Source: Azolla caroliniana
Taxonomy: Eukaryota; Plantae; Polypodiophyta
Direction: 5' to 3'
Assembly (NCBI GenBank): GCA_043228905.1
Contig: JBHGNT010000009.1
Span: 21,576,001-21,640,000 of the forward strand
DNA: 64,000 bases
The notes beneath the pieces were generated by a model. That model saw only the letters and a program-made list of their open reading frames with translations, was not told the origin of the DNA and searched no databases. Of this stretch, positions 52,482 through 64,000 are shown piece by piece (position 1 is the first letter of the stretch; every line of letters begins with the position of its first letter). The position numbers were made by a program, and so were the translations under genes.

Positions 52482-55400
52482 TTTTCCAAATAAGAATATA
52501 CTCCATTAGTTAAAATATACACAAACTCGATCCCTTTCTCGAGTAGGCCGTGCCAAGACTATCCTATCCTACATAAGAGATCTCGCTTATTTATCTTACA
52601 CTTTCACATATGTCTCTAGTCATCCTTTCATACACATCACCTACATTCACTATCCCACATGCCATGTCTTTCATGCCCCTCGTTCAACTATTGGGAGGGG
52701 GGAACAACCATATGGGTACTTCATACTTCCATAGTATATCCATTCCATTTGTTGCAGCCATCGGTGTAGTACACCATCGCTTTCAAAAATTCAACCTCAT
52801 TAGTTCTGCAGCATCATCAATACCATCAATCCGCTCATATTGAGCTCTTAGTGTAGTTATTAATGTGTGCTAGATTAGCTTAATCGATTTAGCTGGAGGG
52901 TGTTTGTGTGCTGAAAATACCCTTGTACACCTTGTTGTCCATATACACCATATAGTAATGGGGGCAAGCAATGTCCAAAGATCTCCAAGTTTTTTATTCT
53001 ATGCACAAGTTGTAGGTACCATGTTGTCAGTGATCAGCCAAACAATGTCATTCTCCCCTCTGTACTGAGCATCGCATGTGCTATCCTATTTCACCACATC
53101 TTCCTCAAGACAAATCCAGCAAGCATGTCCCCAGTTGAGGGTGAGCAAACTAGAGGCATGGCAAACCAAACGTAGTGCCCTTCCCCATACAACCACTCCC
53201 TCGCGACATTCCCATAGACAATGGGAAATGCTTTCTATCTGTCCACATGCAATACATCTAGGGCCTACATTGGGGCCTTTATCCCACGTCCCTACCGGCA
53301 AGGCTCTATGTGCAATAAGCCATAAACACATCATTATCTTGCGGTCATATATGTCATGCCATATCATTTTCCAGAATTTATCTAGTCTCATTTCACTAAT
53401 GCCCTCCTGTATCCAAAATTTCTTTGCCGCAATCTTGTCGTGTTCTTGTTCTAGAATAATTTGCCTCCCAATCTTCATGTTATACCTAAAAAATTGAACC
53501 AGCTTTTCCCCATCAGTTCGTCCTTGAGTTCTCCAAAAATACATCGTTGGGTCCCATGATAACTGATCCAAATGCCCTTCTATAGGCCAACACATTGTCG
53601 TCGGTGTGATTTCCCTTGGCTTAGGGTCAATAATCATATTCTTGCCATTTTTTGCGATCAGCCTAATTGGCCTTTCTCTTTGAAAGGCGGGTTGCTCAAC
53701 TCTTACCATTCCATGCAATAGTTTGTAGTAGCATACCTCATTTGATTCTACTTTCATTCCCTTAATGCCAATTAAATAATTCTCAGCATCTATAAGTCCT
53801 GTCCACGCAATTTCAGAGGTTGTTACTTCTTCCTCTTGCAAGGTATTCCTGTAGCATGCAATGGCATCTGTAATTCTCTTGAGCATGCCTTTACCGGGCC
53901 TACTTATTCTCCATATTCTAGCCTTTTGAGTGCCCACCTCATTGGACAAAAACTTCTCCCACTCCACGAATGCATTCCCTTGGGCATTGATTAACTCAGC
54001 CCATTTGAAACTTGCTTTTTGTCCTATCATCAGCCCATCCACATCTCTAATCAATGGGTTCCACACAATTGGCATGTACATCCGTGCATATGCATCATTT
54101 CTCCACCTACATGTGATCCCCTTTCTAATTTCTTGCCATGCTTTCATAATTCCAATAACACAAAGACTCTGCATACTTCCCTAATATTTGGGTCTCATTT
54201 TTGGCACAAAGCCCCAAAATGGGCTATTTGGCCAACATCCACCTTGTCTCGGCAACCACATCTTCCATCTACGTTTCCATAGAACTTTCCAAGGTGCCTC
54301 AGGAGGTTGTAGGCTCCTGACCACTAGTTTTCCTAGCAAGGCCTTTGTTTGCACCACGGGATCTATCAATCCCACCCCCCCTGCACTTTTCCTTCTTATA
54401 AGCATGGTCCAAGCAACCTTTGCATAGGCTTGTTTTTCCTTTGTGCCCCCCCATAAGTCATTTCTGATAATCCTTTTTATCAATTTCATCGACTTGGGCA
54501 CAATTATCCAGCATGCATCAGTATGCCATATAGTGGCCATTAGAATTTGATTTGCAATCACAATCTTGCCCGCAAAGGATAGTTTTCTTGCATTCCACCA
54601 TATTAGCTTTGCTTTTATTTTGTCCACTAGTAGATTGTAGTGTTTTGCTCGATTGATGTCCGTCCCAATTTTGAAGCCCAAGTATCTAGTAGCTTCTCCT
54701 TTCCTCAACCATCTAAAATTGGGGTTGGGGACCCAATTTAACATGGGCTTATTATTGTTCTAAATGCCCACTGATTTATTCCAATTTATTTTAGCATCTG
54801 ATCCCCTACAAAACTCATCAATTGCATTTTGCAATTTGCCCAAGTTGTGTGCATCACCTTTGACATAGGTCATTGTGTCATCAGCATATGTCGTATCGAG
54901 CACCATACCTTCATCATCGGGCAAGGTAAGGCCCTGTATTTGCCAAGATCTATCAGCAATTTGATAATGCAAAGCTTTTGCTGCAATGATGTATAAGTAC
55001 GGGGCCAATGGGCATCCTTGGCGTACCGAACGTAGCATCTTAAAACTCTTCCCCATACTTCCAGCCATTAACACCTGGCTAGATGCACCTAGCAATGGGC
55101 ACAGTTTGGTTTCTTGGCCTTGAAACCAAACCAAACCATTTATTTATATTAAAAACCAAAGCAAACTATTTAAAATTTATGAAGCCATTTAAACCAAACC
55201 GTTTATGAACAATTTAGAACCAAACCAAATCGGTTTATCATAAATCAAAACCAAACCAAACCTATAAACCTATAAACCTTCAAAACTTTTAAACCTTTAA
55301 ACCAAACCGCATAAGCCGTAACCGCTAAACCTTGAAATTCAAAACCAAACCGAACTGAAACCAAACCGGATCATAATATTTGAAACCAAACCAAACAGTT

Positions 55401-58400
55401 TATTTATCTTTGAACCAATAAACCGTTAAGCCATGGCTTAACGGTTCGGTTCAGTTTGAGCCAAAATTGTGCCCATTGCTAGATGCACCTCTGTAAAAGG
55501 CACCCATTCCAATGATCCATTGTTGTTCAAAGCCTAGAGTTGCCATCACTGATCCCATGAAATCCTATCATATGCTTTTTCGAAGTCAAGTAGCATTATT
55601 GTTAGGTCCGCTTCTTGCTCCTCCGCCCATGCTGAGTATTCCCTGAATGTTATCACATTGTCAACAATGCTCCATTTTTCCAGGAAGCCAGTTTGTGTTG
55701 TATGTATAATGTCCCCAAGTACCATTTTCAATCTCTTACTTACGACTTTGGCCAATATCTTATAAGCATTGGTGAGAATTGTCAATGGTCGCCAATTATC
55801 AAGTGTTGTTAGGTCTTTACCAACCTTGGGTATTAAATAAATCATGCCTCTACACATTGTTGTGGGCATTAATCCTTCTACCATAATGTATTGCATCCCT
55901 GCCAGCATGTCATCCTTAATTAGATCCCAGTATTTGATGTAAAAGTATATAGAAAGTCCATCAATACCTACACAACTTTGTTTGTTCATATCCCCAATAG
56001 CATCCCACAATTCATGCATACCTATAGGGGTATTTAGTTGGTCCATCATCTAAGTCGTAACTTTCCTTGGTATCCTATTTATTATATTTCTAAAGGCAAC
56101 CTGATCAGTCAGTTCCTCATTGCATACATTTAGTAGTTGAGTATAATAGCTTGTGGCTATTTCAAGCATTTCCTCTTTGCATGTGGTCATTGTGCCATCT
56201 GTCTTTTTTAAGCATGAAGGTTGAATCCCAGATCCTTTGCATTTAACAGCTTCAAAAAATCCTTTAGTAACCTGATTTCTTACCCTCATCCAACTTGCTG
56301 CCTTACTTCGATAGGCATAGGTACTCCTAAGTTTTTGGTACATCTCTAATTTGCTTTTGGCCTCCTCTAGTCAAGCCTCAATCCATACATTATGTGGGTA
56401 TACTTCTCTTAGTCATTGCATAGAAGCGAGTGACCATTGCATTCTCTGCATTTTCTCCCTTATCTCTTTTCTAATTTCAATCGCTTTTTGTTGAAAATAC
56501 CCTGCACATGCCTCAAGTTTCCTAGCCAACCTATGAGCAGGGTCAAGGTACCTCCATTTGATATTAGACCATATTTTCTGTATATCATCAGTCCATTTAG
56601 TATCCATGACCAATTCCTTGCACACCTTCACATTATGTGGCTTGCATCGATTGTTTTCTTGTATGTGCAACAAAACCGGGGCATGATCAGAGAACATTGT
56701 ACCCGGACAAATAATGCATATGCCTTTCCTATCCATGAGTTGAGGGTCCAAATACCATCTGTCCAGCCTGGACATCGTCCTCCCATGCACGCTTCCTCCT
56801 ACTCTAGAGTATTGAAGAGATTTTTCTTTTTGCATTTGAAAGTTAGGTGCATTCCAATAGTCTATCACATTATATGCTAAACAAAACTTATCCGATGCAT
56901 ACTTCTCCGCCCCCTGCACCGTGCCATTTGCATTGCCTCTTCTATCTTCTAGATGCTCCACCATATTAAAGTCTCCTCCAATGATCCACAACTCAGCATC
57001 TGGTTTCTTGGCCACTAATTGCAACCAGAATTCTTGTCTTTCAGCAGCTAAATTTGGGGCATATATGTTCAGTATGCCCAAGTGCCCACAACTATGTTTT
57101 ATCCTTATGTAGACATCACAACCCTCTATTAAACTCCCCCTACCTGTACAATCAACAGTAAACTTAGCTTTCATAGCTATAAGTACTCCCCCATGAATTT
57201 GTCTATCCTCCGTAGCTGCTGACCATGTATTGGTCCAATTCCTAGGGCAAATGCTTCCAATTTTATTGATCTTATCCCCATCTAGATGATGCTCCTGCAC
57301 CAAGATAATATCAGGCACCATTACCTCAGTGCAACACTGAATTTCCGCAGCCAATACATTCTTTTTCATCTGGAATTGGGTGCCACCAATTCCTTGTATA
57401 TTCCAAGTTAGCAAGCTAAGATTCATATAACCTACACCTTCTGAGGCCCAACCAATTCATTTTCCGCTTCCAATATGGTAGCTAATATCCTATCTTGGAG
57501 ATTTTCCTCTTCCAACTGTGTCAGCATTTCAGGGATGTATACCATGAATTCCATGATCAGTTTAGGAAGCTTCCTAAATTTCACATTTATGTAGCATATG
57601 CCTTGTTCATTTGCCTTGCCCGAACTCCAGGTCAAGGCATCTTTCCATTGTCTTTTCATTTTCACCCCTATTGCGGTATCATATGATGAGTCTACATGAA
57701 CATCCATTTGTTGTTCCAAACATCCGAGTGCTTCTTCTCTACTATGTGGTTCCTTATTTCCCAAGGCCAGAATATAGGACAAACCAGCGATCCGTCCTTC
57801 ATCAATACATTTACCATATATATTGACTCTATACATGTTGTCCTTCTTCATCTCACTTCCACATATTTCCTTGAACTACTTTTTGCCTGTCAATTTCAGT
57901 TTGATCCGTTGTCCAATATTTGAGAGGGGGTTCGCCTTGTATTGAAGATTCCGGTTCACTCTTGGCCATTTACACATCCCTTTATTTTTTTCCATCCCTT
58001 TCACCTCCTCTTTTTTAGCAGGCATGTGCCTTTTCATTTTTGCTATCCCCTTAATATATTAGGTTGTCACCAATGACTTAGCTTGCTCTGTTAAGGGGCT
58101 TACGACCTTTCCTACATTTAATTCCCCTACCTCATCCATACTTTCATGAAGCATCTGGTCAATATCATCCCCTACCAAATTGTCTTCTTGGTGTAGTTTC
58201 TCCATATCATTAATTGCTTCCACATATTTGCTCTCATGAGTTGCCTTCGTTCTTGCTTCCCTTTCATTAGGTTTGTTTTCATTGTCCTCTAAGGTTAAGT
58301 GCGTATTTGTTTCTAAGTGGGAGCCATTCTTATCCGACCATGACTTTATGTTTGCCTTTATAGGTGTTATATTTCCATCCATCTTCATTCTTACTCATTC

Positions 58401-59002
58401 CATGGTTTATTAGTTGATTATTCTATTGCATCAGACTTGTTTTACTTTTCCGTCCTTGCTTCCCATAACCATGATGCATGTTCTCCTTTCCTCTAGGGCA
58501 TTCTAGGGCCCTATGCCCCATCTGTCTACATGCAAAGCATTACCTTGGGAGTCCCGCATACTCCACAGTTTGTGCATGGTCAAACATTTGTTTACTGCTC
58601 AACAACATCAATTGCGGTAAGGCCTTTCCATCCGAAACAATTAGTTTGATCCTCGGTGTTTCACTTATTCTCTCTGCAAGAGTTTTTTCCAAGCATTGAC
58701 CTCCCATACTTTTGCCAATGGCCGGGAGAAAGGACTCAAATTGCTTAGGTAAACCAGGGAAAAAGGTCGTTACCACTGTAGGATTGCCTATACAAGCATC
58801 AGCTTTACACATGTCAAAGTTTGCATCCCAATTTAATATATAGGCTCTCGCATTGTACCAAATCAATGGGCTGCTCTCGACAATTTTGCATATATTCGTT
58901 TCCGTTTCCAGCATCATTGTAACATGGCAGAACCCCTTTCCCATAAATGCAATGTCCTTCAATCTGCCAAGGTCTTCTTGTAGACAGCTTTGCAGCCAAT
59001 CA
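52482..59002 (-). mobile_element. Near full-length decayed L1-type LINE (5'-truncated ORF1 with zinc knuckle; ORF2 EN-RT-zf-RVT)
   Basis: TSD AGTGCGTGCACAATATTT at 52464-52481 and 59003-59020. EN motifs WNIQG, VQEHH, NIYAP, GGDFN, SRLDR, SDH. RT motifs WRPLT, DFEKAYD, RQGCPL, YADD. CIAC..HCLWEC. Confidence 0.95.
55090..55481. mobile_element. hAT-type MITE inserted in the LINE RT
   Basis: TIR TAGCAATGGGCACA. Perfect 8-bp TSD GATGCACC. Internal AAACC repeats. Confidence 0.93.
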
Positions 59003-61654
59003 AGTGCGTGCACAATATTTGTGTTGGTGATGGAGGGAATTTTTGCCATATTAATGTTTCCATGGGTTTCTTGCATGCATGCTTACAATTTGCATTAAGA
59101 ATATATTTTGATATTTATAGAAACAAATGCAGAGACAGGGTCATTATTGATTTAAAGAAAAGCATCTTTACAATTTTTGTCAATGTGCATGGAGGTTGGA
59201 TATAAGAAGGTGAAAGAAAACAAATTACAGTTAATATCCAACTAGGATAAGCATGTAAATGAATTGGTAGATGTAAACAAGTTCCAAATGGATGTAGCAT
59301 ATAAGTGGTGTCTCATGAAATCTATACTTTTGAAATCTATACAAGTGTGTGCAACTCAATTTGCTTGTAACTTAAATTGAGCATTAAGCACAGAGAGTCA
59401 ATCTTATAGACATTTTGTGTACCTTGTGTATAATTGCTTGAGTTAATAAATAGATAAATATTGTGGTGAATCAACGATCAAGTTTTTGATATTAAGAACA
59501 ACCTCCACATGGCACAATGACTATTATGATTTCATGATATTTGTAACATTACTAATATTGTATCGTTGAGTTCACTATGTTTTAATTTTTCACATTGTTG
59601 TTGATTATGCAATAATTGAAGACATATCTAAGCTTTCCACACCAAGAAATATAGTGGAAAATTACATACAAAAGGCTCTAGATAATCAATTGAGCCCAAA
59701 TACTAAGGATTTATTCTAAGATTCTGTATTGAGCATCATAGATTGTACTTTGGTTACTCGAGTAGAGGAACAAGTGGTCCAATATAAACTCGATTGGCCC
59801 ATTTCCCTAAAAGTAAAAAGTACATTCCATTGTTGATGATCCCAAGCGTATTCACGTTATATAATTGAAAAAATCCAGCATATGGAATTTAAACTTAAAA
59901 ATGTATGTCCACATCAAGTTATAAAGTAAAAGATGCCATTATCTTTAACAACTTGTTTTCTACATACCCTTTTATATGGCAATCAATTGATAGACACGAC
60001 AATTTGGTTAGCTTCGACCACCAAACTCATTAATGTTTAAAACAAAATAGAGACATGGTTCAATTAAGAGGAGGTCCATGCATGTGTTTTGGTTCCCACT
60101 AGATGAAGCATACAATTGTAAAGTAATAACACATCGGATATTCAAGCTCTACCTAATCATGAAACTAGACACTTTATAAGCAAAGAAACCTATAAAGTAA
60201 CGCAAAGATTCTTTTAAAGATTTTGTTATTGTTGGATGTAACTAGTAGCTCCTTAGTTCTTGGTTGTTAAAATGCCAATAGACTAACAAGAAAATGTATT
60301 TGAGAATACATCCAAGAAAGCGCAACAATAGCAAGATAAATATAAAGAAGGTACAAAATGTTGGGGAGAATGAATGAGAAAGAGTTACTCTAAATGGTTT
60401 GCATGGCTATCGATATGCCATTGAGACTAGAACATTTTTGCTCTAATGCATGAAAAAGACTTCAAGCATGACCAACGCTCCATGATTAATTATATCCAAT
60501 GATTTAGTATCAAAACTAGAACCTTGATCTCATATCTTTTCACAACCCTAGACTTTAGCTTGTCCCTTACATTTGTTTGGACCTTGGACTTGTGTTTCTA
60601 TTTAGACAATTATCGCTTACATGCGACAATCGGGTTTACACATGAATGGGCATGAACGAAACTTAACTTGACTATCCAGATTATGATGATTAAATTAAGG
60701 CTTGTGAGAGAGTGAACCAAAGTAGTTCTAAATTTCTCATTGAACAGATAATGTCCCAAAACAAGGTTATGAGTTATTGATTAACACTTGATTTGCTACC
60801 ATGACTCAAATCACAATGCAATCATGTGTGAAAAGCATTGCCATACTATATAAGTGTCTTTAGATGTTCCACAAATTGTGATTTATACATTCATGAGATT
60901 ACCATGACGATACATTAAGATTGTGATTATAGGTTCAAGCATGAAATCTATTGTTGTGCATATTAAATTAACTTTTAGATAATACACTCATTGACCCATA
61001 TCCTCAGAACATAATATTGATGTTGACACATTTTCACATAATACAAAGTGAAACCAATAGCAATGCCAATATGTGCATATTTACTCAAATTTCCAACCAA
61101 AGAGAGTGTATGTCTCCTAAAGGTCGTCGTGTAAAGTCTATGCAGATTGTTCTATTATGTGCATCACAAGAAAGAGTTTTTGTCTCTTTGTTGGATTTGT
61201 GCATCTCTATGTATGGGTGCTTTGACTCTACAAAGGATTGAGATTGCCCACTTTCTCAATATGTTGCATCAAGGTACTGGTTGCTTTCTAGCTATGCTAA
61301 TAAAAAAACAACCAATTAATCTAGGGTGTCGTCACATGTCATTCAACCAATCCAATTATATGAAGCGTTTGCGTGTAATTAATCCAATGATCATACAATG
61401 TGCTATATGCCAATCAAATCAATGTAAACATGGAAATTGAAGATCAAAAGAGGGTCAACATTAAGGAGAGTAGTGAGTCATGAGCCATGAGTCAAGGTAA
61501 TGTGATTCAAGAAAGGCTAATCATCATTATGTGTTGAAAACCATGAATAGATAGATATGCATTGCAAACGTTTATTATCATTATTATTTATTTTAATATC
61601 CTCTGTTGGTATCAAAATAGTCCACTATTACAATGAATATCGCATATCATGTTA

Positions 61655-61835
61655 ACCTTTTTCTATATCTCTTGAGCTACCACAAGCCTTCAAGATGCAT
61701 ATGAAGGTGATAATATCAAGGGAAAGGCCTTCATTTTGCATTTGCTTGAAGGAACTAAAGCTTCATGAACTTGATTATGCTTAGTATATCCAATAATGAG
61801 CGTGTTCCAAGAGACAGTATTTTGATCGGGAAGCC
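61655..61835 (-). pseudogene. PLS-class pentatricopeptide repeat (PPR) fragment
   Basis: NTVSWNTLIIGYTKHNQVHEAL, frameshift, then FKQMQNEGLSLDIITFICILKACGS. Confidence 0.75.
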
Positions 61836-62763
61836 CTTTAACTTGTAAGTCACAAGATGGAGAAACTTCAATATCAAAGAAGAGTGTCATAACTCGATCA
61901 ATTTTCCTACCATGAAAATGAAAGGTGTCATGATGTGGCATGTGCGACCTAATAAAAGGGCTTATTTATTGTAAACTTGTTTATTTTTTATTCAATTCCC
62001 CAAATCTTTTGTCATGTAGAGAAATCATAATTGCTTTTGTGATTAAACTAAACAACCTCTATGTTATAAACTTGTTTCGGATAGAATTGTAAAATGTGTG
62101 TTCAATTGATTCTAGAGAGCAAAAAACTACGTGAACTTGTTTCCCCATAATAGAGGAGTTTTAGTAGTACCGATCAATAATTTGGGTGAGAGGTAGGATT
62201 TCGAACACGTGTTTTACAGAGATTGTTGCCACTCTTGCTAAGGTCTTGATAGGTTTTTTGGTGCAAAAGTCTGATTGCTAGAAGATAATTTTATCCCTAA
62301 ATCATCATAAAAGTTCCTAATTAGCCGTAGGGACCCTTAAGTCGTCCTTCGGCCAATTTCCTTAATCCGGCATTGGGACCCCTCCCCCCAAATAAACTCT
62401 AGAACCAATCCCAAAATGATTGTATCTAAGGCCAATTTAGGCCTTGGACAAAAGGAGGCTCCTTAGAGCCAACAAGGAGATGAGGAGGAGGAGGAAACGG
62501 GTCTACTCCCCATGGATGTTGTAGTTACTTGGCATCATCAACCAACGCACAACGCCTAGCCACTACCAAGTCTACACTTCACACATAGCCAACCCCGTAC
62601 TCACCCTCTTTGTACACACTATCCCCTTGAATTTAAATTTAAACAAAATATACATATATTCCAAATCTTAAAATCTACTTCTCATTTATCAAAATGAAAA
62701 CACATACAGACACAAATACATATTTGTAAACCTATATACTAACGTGCATACCCATATTATCCC

Positions 62764-62765
<2 letters not shown>

Positions 62766-62807
<42 letters not shown>
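62766..62807. repeat. (CA)n microsatellite
   Basis: Direct reading. Confidence 0.95.
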
Positions 62808-62808
<1 letters not shown>

Positions 62809-63577
62809 CAACCCAAATGTGCGTATAAGCCCCCATACCAACAACAACACACACATAAGCACATCAAGAATACTTCCACATTCATATGTATATGATATAC
62901 ATGATACTCAATACAAAAAACATACACATTTTCAAGTGCACTCACACTCAATATATACTCACAAGCACACAAACATGAAAATCACGCTCATGTTTATAAC
63001 TGACACACACATGAACACTTGCACCTATTCACATACATTGCACTAATTTGTACATATGCAAGATGCTCAATCTAAAGAAGCATAGATAGAGGAGTGCCAA
63101 TTGATTTGTTTGATCATGTAACCCTTCATTGGGTATATTCTTAAGTGCACAAACATGTGATTTTTTAGGCTTGCATTTATAACAGTTGCACGTGAACACC
63201 TGCACATATGAGCATACATTGCACCAGTTCACTTTCACATGAACACATCTCAACTCGCACAACACTTACATATTCTAGCATACACAATATCCAAATACAA
63301 GCACATTTTGTCCTACGCAGAGAGGGTGTGCTCAGAACTGAAACCGCACGAATCAAGACAAGAAGCTTGATCTAAAGAAGCAAAAAGGGGTGGCCCACTA
63401 ATCTGTCGACTCCCACAGACCCATCGTCGACAAATTAGGCCATACATCTTCCATGGTTCAGGTCCTTCGGGGGTTCGCATGTGCGCACAAAGTTCTCACG
63501 CTATCGGTTGTAGACAGGAGGAGGGTGTTTAGAAGCGCACACGGGTGCCTCGCATCAAGTCATCATTTGAAACAAGC

Positions 63578-63686
63578 GGGCTGAAGCCTAAGAGAAAACC
63601 ATGAGTCTTGGGTTGGGGAAACTTGGGCTGAAGTCTGAGAGAAAACCATGAGACTTGGGTTGGGAAACTTGGGCTGAAGTCTGAGA
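63578..63686. repeat. 46-47-bp tandem repeat, ~2.4 copies
   Basis: gggctgaag...gaaactt units start at 63578, 63625 and 63671. Confidence 0.85.
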
Positions 63687-63848
63687 CCACTTGAGAGGTT
63701 TAGAAAACTTCGGTTTATTTGGGGGTGGGGGGGGGTATTATTTGTAATTACCCAAAACTGAGTAGGGGTATCCCTGTGATTTTTATGCATATTGTTTTAC
63801 GTCTCTACCCCTTCCTCTGTTTCTGCTCCCTTCTCTCTGTCTCTGCAG

Positions 63849-63942
63849 ATGGGCCTTCTTTCAAACAGGATCTCTCGAGCGCAACTTAGCCCTGGAGATC
63901 ATATCTACTCTTGGAGAGCTTTGTATAGCTATGCTCATCACG
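63849..63942 (+). CDS. NC/LRAT-domain protein (LEAD-SENSITIVE 1-like), first coding exon; the gene continues beyond the window
   Basis: [32 protein letters not shown] matches the recalled plant NC-domain N-terminus. CTGCAG|ATG acceptor. Donor G|GTATTT at 63943. Confidence 0.85.
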
Positions 63943-64000
63943 GTATTTCTCCCTTTTTTCTCCTTTCCGTTTTTGTGTTTCTTTCTCTCTCTCTCTCTCT

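Noticed and set aside
59003-59076. N-terminus of LINE ORF1 as given by the ORF track
   Set aside because: It lies in or beyond the TSD, so it is flanking DNA.

Overview
Eukaryotic, AT-rich plant genomic DNA. A fern-like non-seed plant is inferred from the Tcn1-type chromovirus, PLS-type PPR debris and intron style. Four host genes are supported: a spliced 63-aa single-TM microprotein (358-3285, +), a GT77/nucleotide-diphospho-sugar transferase (9998-14310, +) with an upstream pseudogenic partial duplicate (~5137-8100), a 4-exon PIP1 aquaporin (22793-25667, -), and the first coding exon of an NC/LRAT-domain gene (63849-63942, +). The interval 33.3-59 kb is a nest of transposons: a twin-primed L1-type LINE, two chromodomain Gypsy elements, two non-autonomous Copia elements, a pol-less Gypsy, a near-intact 5.1-kb hAT, hAT MITEs and a near full-length LINE. 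Most boundaries were resolved by terminal repeats and target-site duplications (TSDs). The most interesting signals lie in the chromovirus: self-priming PBS geometry, heat-shock-element arrays and a tRNA-like segment in the LTR, and a -1 frameshift cassette. All calls come from reading the sequence by eye; no searches were run, and I cannot claim a wholly new system.
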